Positions 18,510 to 28,065 are shown, counted from the first letter of the stretch. The stretch is DNA of 64,000 nt from an uncultured Acidobacteriota bacterium (GCA_963807925.1 CAWEDP010000002.1:1404950-1468949); one strand, 5' to 3'. Numbers and translations are program-made. Notes: generated by a model not told the origin, from the sequence alone.

Positions 18510-18984
18510 TCACGAGGGCCGCTGCGCAAACCGGCCCACGATCGGCTGCGTGAGCGCCGCAAAGTCGCGGTACCGCATCGCCACGGCATCGGTGTGGGTG
18601 CCGCCGCAGAACGCGATCTGTTCTTCTTGCGCGAGTGATTGATCGACGAACACGGTCTGGTGGAACAGCGGACCGAGCGGAGGCACCGCCCCTGGTTCGC
18701 AATCCGGATACAGCCAGTCCAGTTCGTCCTCCGCCGCCAGCCTGATCTCGCGCACGCCGGCGAGCGCGGCCAGCCACTCGAGATTCACGCGCTGATTGGC
18801 CGGCACCACGGCTTCAATCGGCTCGCCGTCGGCAAAGCAGATGACTGTCTTGGCCCAGTCGCGCCCCGGAACGTGGATCGTCGCTGCTTCCTCCTGCGCC
18901 GTGTAGGCGGGCAGGTGCGAGAGCACGCTGTACGCAGACATTCGCGCGACGGAGATATTCCTGAACCGATGGAGCGACGGCCAT
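18510..18984 (-). CDS. YbaK/EbsC aminoacyl-tRNA deacylase family (one +1 frameshift near 18937)
   Basis: MAVAPSVQEYLRRANV then AYSVLSHLPAYTAQEEAA…WAKTV…PDCEPGAVPPLG…FCGGTH; span is 3n+1; GGAGG RBS. Confidence 0.88.
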
Positions 18985-19022
18985 GGTGCCTCCTTCCCAG
19001 GGAAACGTGACGCAGGCGCTCC

Positions 19023-19103
19023 TGCAATTCGTCGGCCGCGAGGAACGGGCCGTGCGCCGCCCACCATTGCGCGCCGCACGGCGCGGCGTGCCGCTTTCCC
19101 GGC
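19023..19103 (-). promoter_or_regulatory. Palindromic enhancer plus sigma-54 promoter for the ybaK-hdeD-USP operon
   Basis: CGGCCGACGAATTGCA (19023-19038); GCCGGGAAAGCGGC (19090-19103) lies 52 nt upstream of GG. Confidence 0.6.
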
Positions 19104-19118
19104 AGGCAGCCGCCCGGG

Positions 19119-19865
19119 CTACCGCGCGCCCGCGCGGGGCGCGAGCGCCTCTTCGAGCAGCGTCACACGCTGCCGCGCCGTATCGAGGGCGTCCTGCGAT
19201 CGGGCGAACGCGAAGCGATGAATCGCCTCGGTCGCCTCGACCAGCACCACTTCGACCTGCCGTGCGTGCGTCTCGAGGCCGCTCCGACGCGCGGCCGGCT
19301 CGCGTCGGATCGCGACGCGCGCGGCGGCCAGGCGGCCCCGCATCTCCCGGATGGATTCGAGCAGCACGCGGGCCTCCCTGGCGCGGTCCGCCCGCGGAGC
19401 CACGCCGTCGGGACCATGGCACTCGGCGCATTGTCGTTCGAGGTTCCTCGGCGAGAGTCGATAGCCTTCGACATCCCCATGACAGGTGTCGCAGCTCGGG
19501 CCGCGGAGATCACCGGTCCGCAGCATCTGAAAATGCCAGCTCTCCTGGAAGGCGATGTACGGCCCGAGATGACACCCGCCGCACGTCGCCGGCAGGTTGG
19601 CGGCATTCACCGGACTGGTCGGCGCCTCCGCCTGTTGGACGCCGCGATGGGCAACCAGCGGGTCGTAGGTGCCCGGATTGCCGCCGTGGCATCGATCGCA
19701 GCCGACGCCCGCGCGGCCGTGCGGCGAGAGCGCCCATTGATCGCGATGCCATCCTTCGGGCGCCGCGCGATCGGCGTAATGGCAATCCGCGCAACGACTC
19801 GGCTGCGCGGCTGCCGGGGCCGCCAGCGCGATCACGAAACCGAGCGCCGTCATGACGCCATTCAT
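19119..19865 (-). CDS. Secreted pentaheme c-type cytochrome
   Basis: Signal peptide; five CxxCH (CADCH, CDRCH, CGGCH, CDTCH, CAECH); helical C-terminus; GAGGAGG RBS. Confidence 0.9.
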   Translation of the reverse strand: MNGVMTALGFVIALAAPAAAQPSRCADCHYADRAAPEGWHRDQWALSPHGRAGVGCDRCHGGNPGTYDPLVAHRGVQQAEAPTSPVNAANLPATCGGCHLGPYIAFQESWHFQMLRTGDLRGPSCDTCHGDVEGYRLSPRNLERQCAECHGPDGVAPRADRAREARVLLESIREMRGRLAAARVAIRREPAARRSGLETHARQVEVVLVEATEAIHRFAFARSQDALDTARQRVTLLEEALAPRAGAR

Positions 19866-19905
19866 GAGGCCTCCTCGCTTCCCCCGCAGGGACGCGCGCG
19901 CCGCG

Positions 19906-20064
19906 TCAGATGCCCCGCGTCCCGGCGGCCGCCGCCGGCCTGGCCGGCACACCCGCGCCGCGCACCGACACGACCCCGGCGCCGAGCAGGGCGATGCCCA
20001 CCAGCAGAATCACCGTCGGCGCGATTACGGCGAGCACGAACAAGGAATCGAAGGCTCCGTGCAC
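19906..20064 (-). CDS. Small single-pass membrane protein (52 aa), not in the ORF track
   Basis: GAGGAG RBS, GTG start: MHGAFDSLFVLAVIAPTVILLVGIALLGAGVVSVRGAGVPARPAAAAGTRGI. Confidence 0.6.
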   Translation of the reverse strand: MHGAFDSLFVLAVIAPTVILLVGIALLGAGVVSVRGAGVPARPAAAAGTRGI

Positions 20065-20094
20065 TGAAATTCTCCTCGGATGTGCGAATTTTTA

Positions 20095-20154
20095 CGCATG
20101 CGCCATGCCGGCCGATATTGCGCGCGCTGGCGCCACAGCCGCCGGAAATCCGGC
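20095..20154 (-). promoter_or_regulatory. Candidate sigma-54 promoter plus palindromic enhancer in a divergent region
   Basis: CGGCATGGCGCATGCG (20095-20110); GCCGGAAATCCGGC (20141-20154) lies 31 nt upstream of GG. Confidence 0.55.
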
Positions 20155-20240
20155 AGCCGTGCAGATACGACGACCATCAGCTGCCCCGCGCAGGGCGGAG
20201 CGCGTCTTGTATAGGCGGACTCAGGTTCACGAGGGCCATC

Positions 20241-20681
20241 ATGAAACGCTCACTCGCGCTCTCCACCGTCTTCGCGGCTTCCTTCGCGCTCTCGATGTCG
20301 GTGGCCGTCCAGCCGGCGGCCGCCCAGCGAAGCGTCCAGCCGCCCGCCGTCATCTCCGCAGTGTCGGGAGCCGACCTGTTTCGCTTCTACTGCGCGACAT
20401 GCCACGGCGTGGACGGCAAAGGCGACGGTCCGGTGGTCCCGTCGCTCAGACAGCCGCCTCCCGACCTCACGAAGATCGCGGCGCGGCATCGCGGTCACTT
20501 CCCGAGCGAGGAGCTCCGGCGCTTTGTCGCCGGCACCGATCAGCCGGCGCCTGCGCACGGCTCGCGCGAAATGCCGGTCTGGGGACCGATCTTCCGGAGC
20601 CTCGAACCGCACGACCGACTGACACAGGTCCGAATCGAGAACCTGGTCGCGTACATCGAGACGCTGCAAAAGCCGCAGTGA
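20241..20681 (+). CDS. Monoheme cytochrome c, secreted
   Basis: Signal peptide; CATCHGVDGKGDGP, PPDLT, HGSREMPVWG. Confidence 0.9.
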   Translation: MKRSLALSTVFAASFALSMSVAVQPAAAQRSVQPPAVISAVSGADLFRFYCATCHGVDGKGDGPVVPSLRQPPPDLTKIAARHRGHFPSEELRRFVAGTDQPAPAHGSREMPVWGPIFRSLEPHDRLTQVRIENLVAYIETLQKPQ

Positions 20682-20722
20682 AAAGGCGTGCCCGGATGAG
20701 CGGACGATCGGAGGACGGTCCG

Positions 20723-20995
20723 CTAGGCGCCGCTGCGCCCGGTGCGTGCTCGCTCGGCGGCGTCCTCGGCGTCGAAGCCCCAGCAGGTCCAGGCGATGGC
20801 GATGCCGCAGATGCTGGCCGTCCAGGTGAGCGCCCACGTGAAGACCCACACGCCGACGATGTCCGCCGTGTGCGAGAGCCTGATCTGGGCAAAGGACGGC
20901 ACGGCGTTCATGGTGAGGATCCAGGCGGCGGGCACGAGCGCCAGGGCGCAGACTCCCGCGGCAATCCGCAGCAGCTGATAGACGGTCACGCGCAT
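20723..20995 (-). CDS. Hypothetical two-TM membrane protein
   Basis: Two hydrophobic segments; GGAG just upstream; co-oriented with upstream small genes. Confidence 0.55.
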   Translation of the reverse strand: MRVTVYQLLRIAAGVCALALVPAAWILTMNAVPSFAQIRLSHTADIVGVWVFTWALTWTASICGIAIAWTCWGFDAEDAAERARTGRSGA

Positions 20996-21001
20996 GCTCC
21001 G

Positions 21002-21238
21002 TCAGGCTTCACGCCGCCTGAACACTCGAAATTCGAGATCGTCTGCCAGTTCGCTCGCCAGGTAGCAGTCCGCGCTGCAGGACGGCGCCGTGTGGAACTT
21101 GAAGGCGTCGTCGTGGACGACCTCCTCCCACTCATCGTCGAGACCCATGATGGCATTGGCCGCAGCGGCCACCTGCTGGAATCCCGCACCCGGAAAGCGG
21201 CGCATGAGAATCGCTTCTACTTTCTGTCTGTCCACCAT
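21002..21238 (-). CDS. Hypothetical protein (78 aa)
   Basis: MVDRQKVEAILMRRFPGA…VAAAANAIMGLDDEWEEV; protein-like composition unlike the shadow ORFs. Confidence 0.65.
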   Translation of the reverse strand: MVDRQKVEAILMRRFPGAGFQQVAAAANAIMGLDDEWEEVVHDDAFKFHTAPSCSADCYLASELADDLEFRVFRRREA

Positions 21239-21312
21239 AACCGTTCCGCACGCGGTGGTTGCGGACGCGTCCCCCACCGCGGTGCGCCTCCAGGATCTGA
21301 ACCGGTCCACGT

Positions 21313-21522
21313 TCAGCGCGCCGGCGGCGTGAGTCGCGCAAACAGGCCCGCGATGACCAGCCCCACGCCGAGCAGGCCGACGACAACGCCGACCGGCAGC
21401 ATGATCATGGTGACGCCGAGGCCGAGGCCCACAACGATCATCACGAGGCCAAGCGCGACGACAGCCGCGTGCTCGAAGAAGTGCCCGACGCCGACCATCG
21501 TTCCGTGCACCGAGTAAGTCAT
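21313..21522 (-). CDS. Small two-TM membrane protein (69 aa)
   Basis: GGGAGGG RBS; LGLVMIVVGLGLGVTMIMLPVGVVVGLLG. Confidence 0.75.
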   Translation of the reverse strand: MTYSVHGTMVGVGHFFEHAAVVALGLVMIVVGLGLGVTMIMLPVGVVVGLLGVGLVIAGLFARLTPPAR

Positions 21523-21561
21523 CGCACCCTCCCTTGCCAGTCCACCTGTCCTTCCCGTGCA

Positions 21562-21599
21562 GGCAAGAGCAGTGCCCGGGTTTTCGACGGATTTCCGGC
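21562..21599 (-). promoter_or_regulatory. Sigma-54 promoter with adjacent palindrome
   Basis: GGGCACTGCTCTTGCC (21562-21577); GACGGATTTCCGGC at 21586-21599. Confidence 0.65.
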
Positions 21600-21621
21600 A
21601 TCACGAATCGGCACAGCGGAC

Positions 21622-21703
21622 TGCCGGGAATCCGGCAGGGGGCCACGCGCCGGCGTCAGAAGTCGGGCCTTTGGCGCGGACGCGGGCTGGCATCGGTGTT
21701 GCC
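21622..21703 (+). promoter_or_regulatory. Palindromic enhancer plus sigma-54 promoter for the USP-TonB-PFOR operon
   Basis: TGCCGGGAATCCGGCA (21622-21637); TGGCATCGGTGTTGCC (21688-21703); 52 nt from core to GG. Confidence 0.72.
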
Positions 21704-21728
21704 CCTGTCGGTCGCAGGAGGGCAGGCC

Positions 21729-22217
21729 ATGATCGATCTCAAGCGCATCCTCGTCCCCACGGACTTCAGCGAGACTTCGGCTGCCGCACTGCGGTACGCG
21801 ATCGAGCTCTCGCGGCGGTTCCACGCGCATCTCTGTCTGCTGAACGTGCCCGATCATCCCGGCGAGGCCGCCGAGGCCGAGTACCCGATCGGACTGTTCG
21901 AGACGATGCAGAACGCCGCCCACGATCGGCTCCGGTCGCTCTTGACGCCGCGGGAGGCCGCGGACCTCAATCCGGAATGCGCGATGCGGATCGGACATGC
22001 CGCCGACGAGATCGTGCGCTATGCGCAGGAGCATGCCATCGACCTGATCGTCATGGGCACCCACGGACGCGAAGGGATGTCGCGCGTCCTGCTGGGCAGC
22101 GTGGCCGAAAAAGTAGTGCGCCGCGCAGGCTGTCCCGTGCTGACGGTCCACTGCCCCGGGCACGCGTACGTTCCGGTCACCGATGCGGCCCTCGCGAAGG
22201 CCGGCGCCGCGGCATAG
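21729..22217 (+). CDS. Universal stress protein (single domain)
   Basis: ILVPTDFS…DLIVMGTHGREG…GSVAEKVVRRAGCPVLTV; AGGAGG RBS. Confidence 0.93.
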   Translation: MIDLKRILVPTDFSETSAAALRYAIELSRRFHAHLCLLNVPDHPGEAAEAEYPIGLFETMQNAAHDRLRSLLTPREAADLNPECAMRIGHAADEIVRYAQEHAIDLIVMGTHGREGMSRVLLGSVAEKVVRRAGCPVLTVHCPGHAYVPVTDAALAKAGAAA

Positions 22218-22275
22218 CGCGCGCCGCTCGCCGGGTGCCACCTCTTCAGTCATCCGATCATCGGCGGAGGGCCAC

Positions 22276-23031
22276 ATGTTCGACCTGATTACAGACAAGA
22301 CGGAGCGCCCGCTGCGGCACCGGTCCCTCCTCTCGAGAGCGTTCGCGATCACGGCCCACGTCATCGTGATCCTCGTGGTCGTCGTCATCCCGCTGCTGCG
22401 CGCGACCAACGAGCTGCCGCCGGTCATGCCGACGATGCTGGCGTTCGTCGCGCCGGCGCCGACCGCGCCACCGCCGCCACCGCCGCCGCCAGCTCCGGCG
22501 CCGGCCGCGCCCGCGCGGGCCCCCCAACCGGCGCACACCGCGGGACAGTTCGCCGCGCCGGTCGAGGCGCCGAGCGACATCCGTCCCGAGCCCCCGGCCC
22601 GGCCCGTGGAATCCAACGCGGGCGTTCTGGGCGGTGTCGAGGGTGGAGTGCCGGGCGGTGTGGTGGGAGGCGTCGTCGGCGGTCTCGTCTCGGCGGTGCC
22701 CCCGCCTCCGCCGCCGGCTCCGGCGGCGCCGCCGCCGCCGCGCGTCGTGCGCATCGGCGGGCAGATCACCGCGCCGGCGCTCATCAAGCGAGTCGAGCCG
22801 ATCTATCCGGACGTGGCCGCGCTCGCGCAGCTCTCGGGCGTGGTGATCCTCGAGGCAACGGTCGGCACGGATGGATGCGTGCAGTCGGTCAAACTGCTCC
22901 GCTCGCGGCATCCGCTGCTCGACAAGGCGTCCGAGGAAGCGTTGATGCAATGGCAGTATTCACCGCTCGTGCTGAACGGCATCGCCACGTCGTTCGTCCT
23001 GACCGTGACGTTCCACTTCAGCGTGCGTTGA
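22276..23031 (+). CDS. Energy transducer TonB family protein
   Basis: N-terminal TM, Pro-rich linker, GGVEGGVPGGVVGG, VEPIYP…GVVILEA…LDKAS…QWQY. Confidence 0.88.
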   Translation: MFDLITDKTERPLRHRSLLSRAFAITAHVIVILVVVVIPLLRATNELPPVMPTMLAFVAPAPTAPPPPPPPPAPAPAAPARAPQPAHTAGQFAAPVEAPSDIRPEPPARPVESNAGVLGGVEGGVPGGVVGGVVGGLVSAVPPPPPPAPAAPPPPRVVRIGGQITAPALIKRVEPIYPDVAALAQLSGVVILEATVGTDGCVQSVKLLRSRHPLLDKASEEALMQWQYSPLVLNGIATSFVLTVTFHFSVR

Positions 23032-23090
23032 GCGCGGGGCGTGTCCGGCATCGGTGGCCCTCGTAGACGAGCGGTGATGGAGGAGGTTCC

Positions 23091-26000
23091 GTGAAGGCGC
23101 GTGCGGTCGTCGTGGACGGAAACGATGCGTGTTCGTCGGTCGCCTATCAGCTGAGCGACGCCATCGCCATCTACCCCATCACCCCGTCGTCGAGCATGGC
23201 CGAGAACGCCGATGCCTGGGCCAGCGCCGGCCGGCCGAATCTGTGGGGCGCGACGCCGACCGTCGTCGAGATGCAGAGCGAGGCCGGCGCGGCCGGTACG
23301 GTCCACGGCGTCCTGCAGGCGGGCGCCCTGGCGACGACCTTCACGGCCAGCCAGGGCCTCCTCCTGATGATCCCGAACATGTTCAAGATCGCCGGCGAGC
23401 TCACGCCCGCGGTCTTTCACGTCGCCGCGCGGGCCGTGGCCACGCACGCGCTCTCGATCTTCGGCGACCACAGCGACGTGATGGCCGTGCGCACGACCGG
23501 TTTCGCGATGCTGGCGTCGGCCTCGGTGCAGGAGGCGCAGGACCTGGCGGTCGTCGCGCACCGGGCGACGCTCGAATCGCGCGTGCCGTTCCTGCATTTT
23601 TTCGACGGCTTCCGCACGTCGCACGAACTGGCGAAGATCGCCACGGTGGACGAGGCGGCGCTGAAAGGGATGATCGACAACGGGCTGATCGAGGCGCACC
23701 GGCGGCGTGCGCTCACGCCGGATCACCCGGTGCTCCGCGGCACGGCGCAGAACCCGGACGTGTTCTTCCAGAACCGCGAGGCGCCCAACCGCTATTACGA
23801 TCGGACGCCCGCGACGGTGCAACGCGCCATGGATCGCTTCGCGGAGCTCACGGGCCGTTCCTATCAGCTCTTCGATTACCACGGCGCGCCGGATGCCGAG
23901 CGCGTCGTCGTGATCATGGGGTCGGGCGGGGAAACCGTCGCCGCCACGGTGGACGCACTCGGCGCCGCGGCGCGAGTCGGCGTCCTCGTGGTCCGGCTGT
24001 ACCGGCCGTTCGCTGCCGACGTGTTCGTCGACGCGCTGCCGCCGACCGTGCAGGCGATCGCGGTGCTCGACCGTACCAAGGAGCCGGGCGCGGTTGGCGA
24101 GCCGCTGTTTCAGGACGTCACCGCCGCGGTGGCCGAAGCGTTCGTGCGCGGCCGGACGCCGTTCCTGCGGATGCCGCGCGCCATCGGCGGCCGGTACGGA
24201 CTGGGATCGAAGGAATTCTCCCCCGCCATGGCCAAGGCGGTGTTCGACGAACTGGCGCGTCCTGCGCCCCGATCGCGCTTCACGGTCGGCATTCTCGACG
24301 ACGTGACGCGCCTGTCGCTCCCGGTCGACGACGGCTTCGACATCGAGTCGCCGGACACGGTCCGGGCGGTCTTCTTCGGGCTCGGGTCCGACGGCACCGT
24401 GGGCGCCAACAAGAACTCGGTGAAGATCATCGGCGACGACGCCGGGCGGTGGGCGCAGGGCTACTTCGTGTACGACTCGAAGAAATCCGGCGCGGTGACC
24501 GTTTCGCACCTGCGGTTCGGCCGCCAGCCGATCCACGCCCCGTACCTCGTGTCGCGCGCCTCGTTCGTCGGTTGCCATCAGTTCGGCCTGCTGCAGCGCG
24601 ACGATGTGCTGGACGCGGCTGACACCGGCGCCACGCTGCTCCTGAACGCGCCGGGATCGCCCGACGCCGTGTGGGACATGCTGCCGTTCGAAATCCAGCA
24701 GCAGATCGTCGCGAAACGGCTGCGGCTGTTCGTCATCGATGCCTACGCCGTCGCCCAGTCCGCCGGGCTCGGATCGCGCATCAACACGATCATGCAGACC
24801 TGCTTCTTCGCGATCTCCGGCCTGTTCCCGCGCGAGGACGCGGTCGCGCGCATCAAGGCGGCCATCGAGAAGACGTACGGGCGCCGCGGCCCGGAGGTCG
24901 TCCGGCGGAACTTCGAGGCGGTCGACCGAGCGCTCGCCCACCTCCATGAGGTGGCTGTGCCCGCGTTCCCGACCGCCTCGCGGCACCGCCGATCGTTCGA
25001 CGCCGCCGACGCGCCGGACTTCGTGCGGCGGGTGACGAGCCTGATGCTCGCGGGCCACGGCGACCGGCTGCCGGTGAGCGCGCTGCCGGCCGACGGTACC
25101 TGGCCCACCGGCACCGCGCGGTGGGAAAAGCGCACCATCGCCCTCGACATCCCCGTCTGGGACGAGTTGCTGTGCATCCAGTGCAACAAGTGCGCGCTGG
25201 TCTGCCCCCACGCGGCCATCCGCGTCACCGTCGTCGACCCGGCCCGCGTCGCGGCGGCGCCGCCGACCTACAGGCACGTGCCGTACAAGGGCACCGAACT
25301 GCGGGGGGAGTACACCGTGCAGGTCGCGCCGGAAGACTGCACCGGCTGCATGCTGTGCGTGATGGTGTGCCCGGCGAAGGACAAGATCGCCAGGGACCGC
25401 AAGGCGCTGGCGATGGCGCCCGCGGCGCCGCTTCGGGACGCCGAACGGGAGAATTATGGGTTCTTCCTGAGCCTGCCTCCGGTGGACCGCGCCGCCACCC
25501 GCAGCGACGTCAAAGGAACGCAGTTCCTGCAGCCGCTCTTCGAGTACTCCGGCGCGTGCGCCGGCTGCGGCGAGACGCCGTACGTGAAGCTCCTGACCCA
25601 GCTGTTCGGGGACCGTGCGGTCATCGCGAATGCGACCGGCTGCTCGTCGATCTACGGCGGGAACCTGCCGACCACGCCGTTCACCACCAATCGCGACGGC
25701 CGCGGGCCCGCCTGGGCGAACTCGCTGTTCGAGGACAACGCGGAGTTCGGACTCGGCCTGCGCCTCGGTCTGGACCGCCACGAGGCGCGCGCGCGGGCGC
25801 TGGTGGAGGCGCTGGCGCCGCTACTCCCGCCCGGGACGGCCGAAGAGTTGCTCACGGCGCCGCAGGCGGGCGAGTCGGCGATCAAGGCGCAACGCGAGCG
25901 CGTCACGGCGCTGCGCGGCGCGCTGGCCCCGCTGCAGGGTGGCGAGCGCGACGCCGAGGTCCACGACCTGCTCGCGCTCGCCGATTACCTGGTGAGGAAG

Positions 26001-26639
26001 AGCGTCTGGATCGTCGGCGGCGACGGGTGGGCGTACGACATCGGCTACGGCGGCCTCGACCACGTGCTGGCCAGCGGCGCCAACGTGAACGTCCTCGTGC
26101 TGGATACGGAGGTGTATTCGAACACCGGCGGTCAGCAGTCGAAAGCGACGCCAATCGCCGCGTCGGCGAAATTCGCCGCCGCCGGCAAGCGGATGGCGAA
26201 GAAGGATCTCGGCCTGATGGCCATGTCGTACGGCCACGTGTACGTGGCGCAGGTGGCGCTCGGCGCGAAAGACGCGCAGACGCTGAAGGCGTTCCAGGAG
26301 GCCGAGGCGTATCCGGGGCCGTCGCTGATCATCGCGTACAGCCACTGCATCGCTCACGGCTACGAGATGGCCGACGGCCTGGAACACCAGCGGCTGGCGG
26401 TCGACACCGGATACTGGCCGCTCTACCGGTTCGATCCCCGGCGCGACGCCCAGAACGCCCCGCCGCTGGTGCTCGATTCGGCGGCGCCGAAAACGGACGT
26501 TTCGAAGCTGCTCGCCGTCGAAGGGCGTTTTCAACCGGCGGAGGGACCGGACGGCGGCGCGCTGCTCGATCGGGCGCGCCTGCAGATCACCCGACGGCTG
26601 GCGCTCTATCGCGAGCTCGCCGGTCGGGCGGCACGATAG
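23091..26639 (+). CDS. nifJ: Pyruvate:ferredoxin (flavodoxin) oxidoreductase, homodimeric
   Basis: YPITPSS, EMQSEAGAAG, HFFDGFRTSHE, CIQCNKCALVCP and CTGCMLCVMVCP ferredoxin domain, ACAGCGE, GGDGWAYDIG TPP motif. Confidence 0.96.
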   Translation: MKARAVVVDGNDACSSVAYQLSDAIAIYPITPSSSMAENADAWASAGRPNLWGATPTVVEMQSEAGAAGTVHGVLQAGALATTFTASQGLLLMIPNMFKIAGELTPAVFHVAARAVATHALSIFGDHSDVMAVRTTGFAMLASASVQEAQDLAVVAHRATLESRVPFLHFFDGFRTSHELAKIATVDEAALKGMIDNGLIEAHRRRALTPDHPVLRGTAQNPDVFFQNREAPNRYYDRTPATVQRAMDRFAELTGRSYQLFDYHGAPDAERVVVIMGSGGETVAATVDALGAAARVGVLVVRLYRPFAADVFVDALPPTVQAIAVLDRTKEPGAVGEPLFQDVTAAVAEAFVRGRTPFLRMPRAIGGRYGLGSKEFSPAMAKAVFDELARPAPRSRFTVGILDDVTRLSLPVDDGFDIESPDTVRAVFFGLGSDGTVGANKNSVKIIGDDAGRWAQGYFVYDSKKSGAVTVSHLRFGRQPIHAPYLVSRASFVGCHQFGLLQRDDVLDAADTGATLLLNAPGSPDAVWDMLPFEIQQQIVAKRLRLFVIDAYAVAQSAGLGSRINTIMQTCFFAISGLFPREDAVARIKAAIEKTYGRRGPEVVRRNFEAVDRALAHLHEVAVPAFPTASRHRRSFDAADAPDFVRRVTSLMLAGHGDRLPVSALPADGTWPTGTARWEKRTIALDIPVWDELLCIQCNKCALVCPHAAIRVTVVDPARVAAAPPTYRHVPYKGTELRGEYTVQVAPEDCTGCMLCVMVCPAKDKIARDRKALAMAPAAPLRDAERENYGFFLSLPPVDRAATRSDVKGTQFLQPLFEYSGACAGCGETPYVKLLTQLFGDRAVIANATGCSSIYGGNLPTTPFTTNRDGRGPAWANSLFEDNAEFGLGLRLGLDRHEARARALVEALAPLLPPGTAEELLTAPQAGESAIKAQRERVTALRGALAPLQGGERDAEVHDLLALADYLVRKSVWIVGGDGWAYDIGYGGLDHVLASGANVNVLVLDTEVYSNTGGQQSKATPIAASAKFAAAGKRMAKKDLGLMAMSYGHVYVAQVALGAKDAQTLKAFQEAEAYPGPSLIIAYSHCIAHGYEMADGLEHQRLAVDTGYWPLYRFDPRRDAQNAPPLVLDSAAPKTDVSKLLAVEGRFQPAEGPDGGALLDRARLQITRRLALYRELAGRAAR

Positions 26640-26649
26640 AGGAAGTCCC

Positions 26650-27592
26650 ATGGATCTCGCCACCACCTACCTGGGCCTGGACCTGCCCCACCCGCTGATG
26701 GTGGGGGCGTCGCCGCTCGATGAGGATCTCGCGATGGCGGCGCGCCTCGAAGACGCCGGGGCGGCCGCCCTGGTCATGCACTCGCTGTTCGAGGAGGAGA
26801 TCGAGACATACGGCGGGGCGCCCGATCGGTACCTGGAACACCTGCTCCGGCTCAAACGGCGGGTCGCCCTGCCAGTCATCGCGTCGCTGAACGGCACGAC
26901 GGCCGAGGGGTGGCTGCAGTACGCCCGGCTGATCGAGCGGGCGGGCGCCAGCGCCCTCGAGCTGAACTTCTATCATGTCGCCACCGACCTGCTCGAAGAC
27001 GGACACACCGTCGAACGCCGGGTGGTGGACATCGTCGCGGTTCTCAAGGAGTCGATCCGGATCCCGCTGGCGGTGAAGCTGTCGCCGTTCTATTCGGCCC
27101 TTCCGTATCTGGCCGCCGAGCTCGAACGGATCGGGGCCGACGGCCTGGTCCTCTTCAACCGTTTCTATCAGCCCGACATCGATCCCGATCGGCGCGAAAC
27201 GACCACGCGGCTGCAGGACCTCGACGTCGGCGGAGCTCCTGCTGCGGCTGCACTGGATCGCGATTCTGGCGGGGCGCATCCGCGCGTCGCTGGCGCTGAG
27301 CGGCGGCGTCCACGAGCCGATCGATGCCGTCAAGGGCGTCATGGCGGGGGCCGACGTCGTGCAGGTGGTCTCGGCGCTGATGAAGGACGGCCCCGGACGC
27401 CTGACCGAGCTGCGGGACGGACTGTCCGCCTGGGGCGACCGCCACGGGTACGGCGCGATCGGTGCGATGCGCGGCTGCACGACTCTCGTGCGGGCCGCCA
27501 GCCCGCAGCGCCTCGAACGGCTGAACTATCTGGCGACGCTCCGCTCGAGCCCCGAGACGCTGATTCCCGCTTCTATCGGAGGCACGTCGTGA
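26650..27592 (+). CDS. Dihydroorotate dehydrogenase-like flavoprotein (one +1 frameshift near 27217)
   Basis: YLGLDLPHPLMVGASP, SLFEE, ALELNFY, VKLSPF, LFNRFYQPDID, then shifted frame TSAELLLRLHWIAIL…SGGVH…MAGADVVQVVSALM; span is 3n+1. Confidence 0.88.
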
Positions 27593-27594
27593 TC

Positions 27595-28065
27595 ATGTTG
27601 AAGCGCATCCTGGTCGCCACCGATTTCGGTCTGCAATCCGACAACGCGCTGCAGTACGGACGCGCGCTCGCCCGCACCTTCGGCGCGGCGCTCCATCTGC
27701 TGCACGTCCGCGAGAATTCGTTCTTGAAGGCGACGCCCGCCGACCCCGAGACGCTGCGGGCGGCGACGCTTCGGATTCTGGACCAGCGACTCACCGCCGA
27801 CGATCGTCAGCGCGGCGGGCACGCCGTGCTCGAGACCTCGGATCGGCCCGCCGAGGCGATCGTCCACTACGCCGCCGAGCACCGCATCGACCTGATCATC
27901 ATGGGCACTCATGGACGCGAGGGCTTCGCGCACCTGCTGATGGGCAGCGTTGCCGAGACCGTCGTCCGATCCGCGCCCTGCCCCGTGCTCATCGTCAGGC
28001 ACCCCGAACACGACTTCGTGCATCCCGACACCGCGGTGGGGAGCGCCGCCAGCGGGGTCCGCTAG
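27595..28065 (+). CDS. Universal stress protein (single domain)
   Basis: ILVATDF…DLIIMGTHGREG…GSVAETVVRSAPCPVLIV. Confidence 0.92.
   Translation: MLKRILVATDFGLQSDNALQYGRALARTFGAALHLLHVRENSFLKATPADPETLRAATLRILDQRLTADDRQRGGHAVLETSDRPAEAIVHYAAEHRIDLIIMGTHGREGFAHLLMGSVAETVVRSAPCPVLIVRHPEHDFVHPDTAVGSAASGVR

Noticed and set aside
19119-19865. NrfA nitrite reductase
   Set aside because: Too short and no CxxCK active-site heme motif
26650-28065. Apparent DHOD-USP fusion (471-aa ORF)
   Set aside because: Caused by the +1 indel near 27217; the true DHOD-like C-terminus is in another frame ending at 27592, and the USP has its own start
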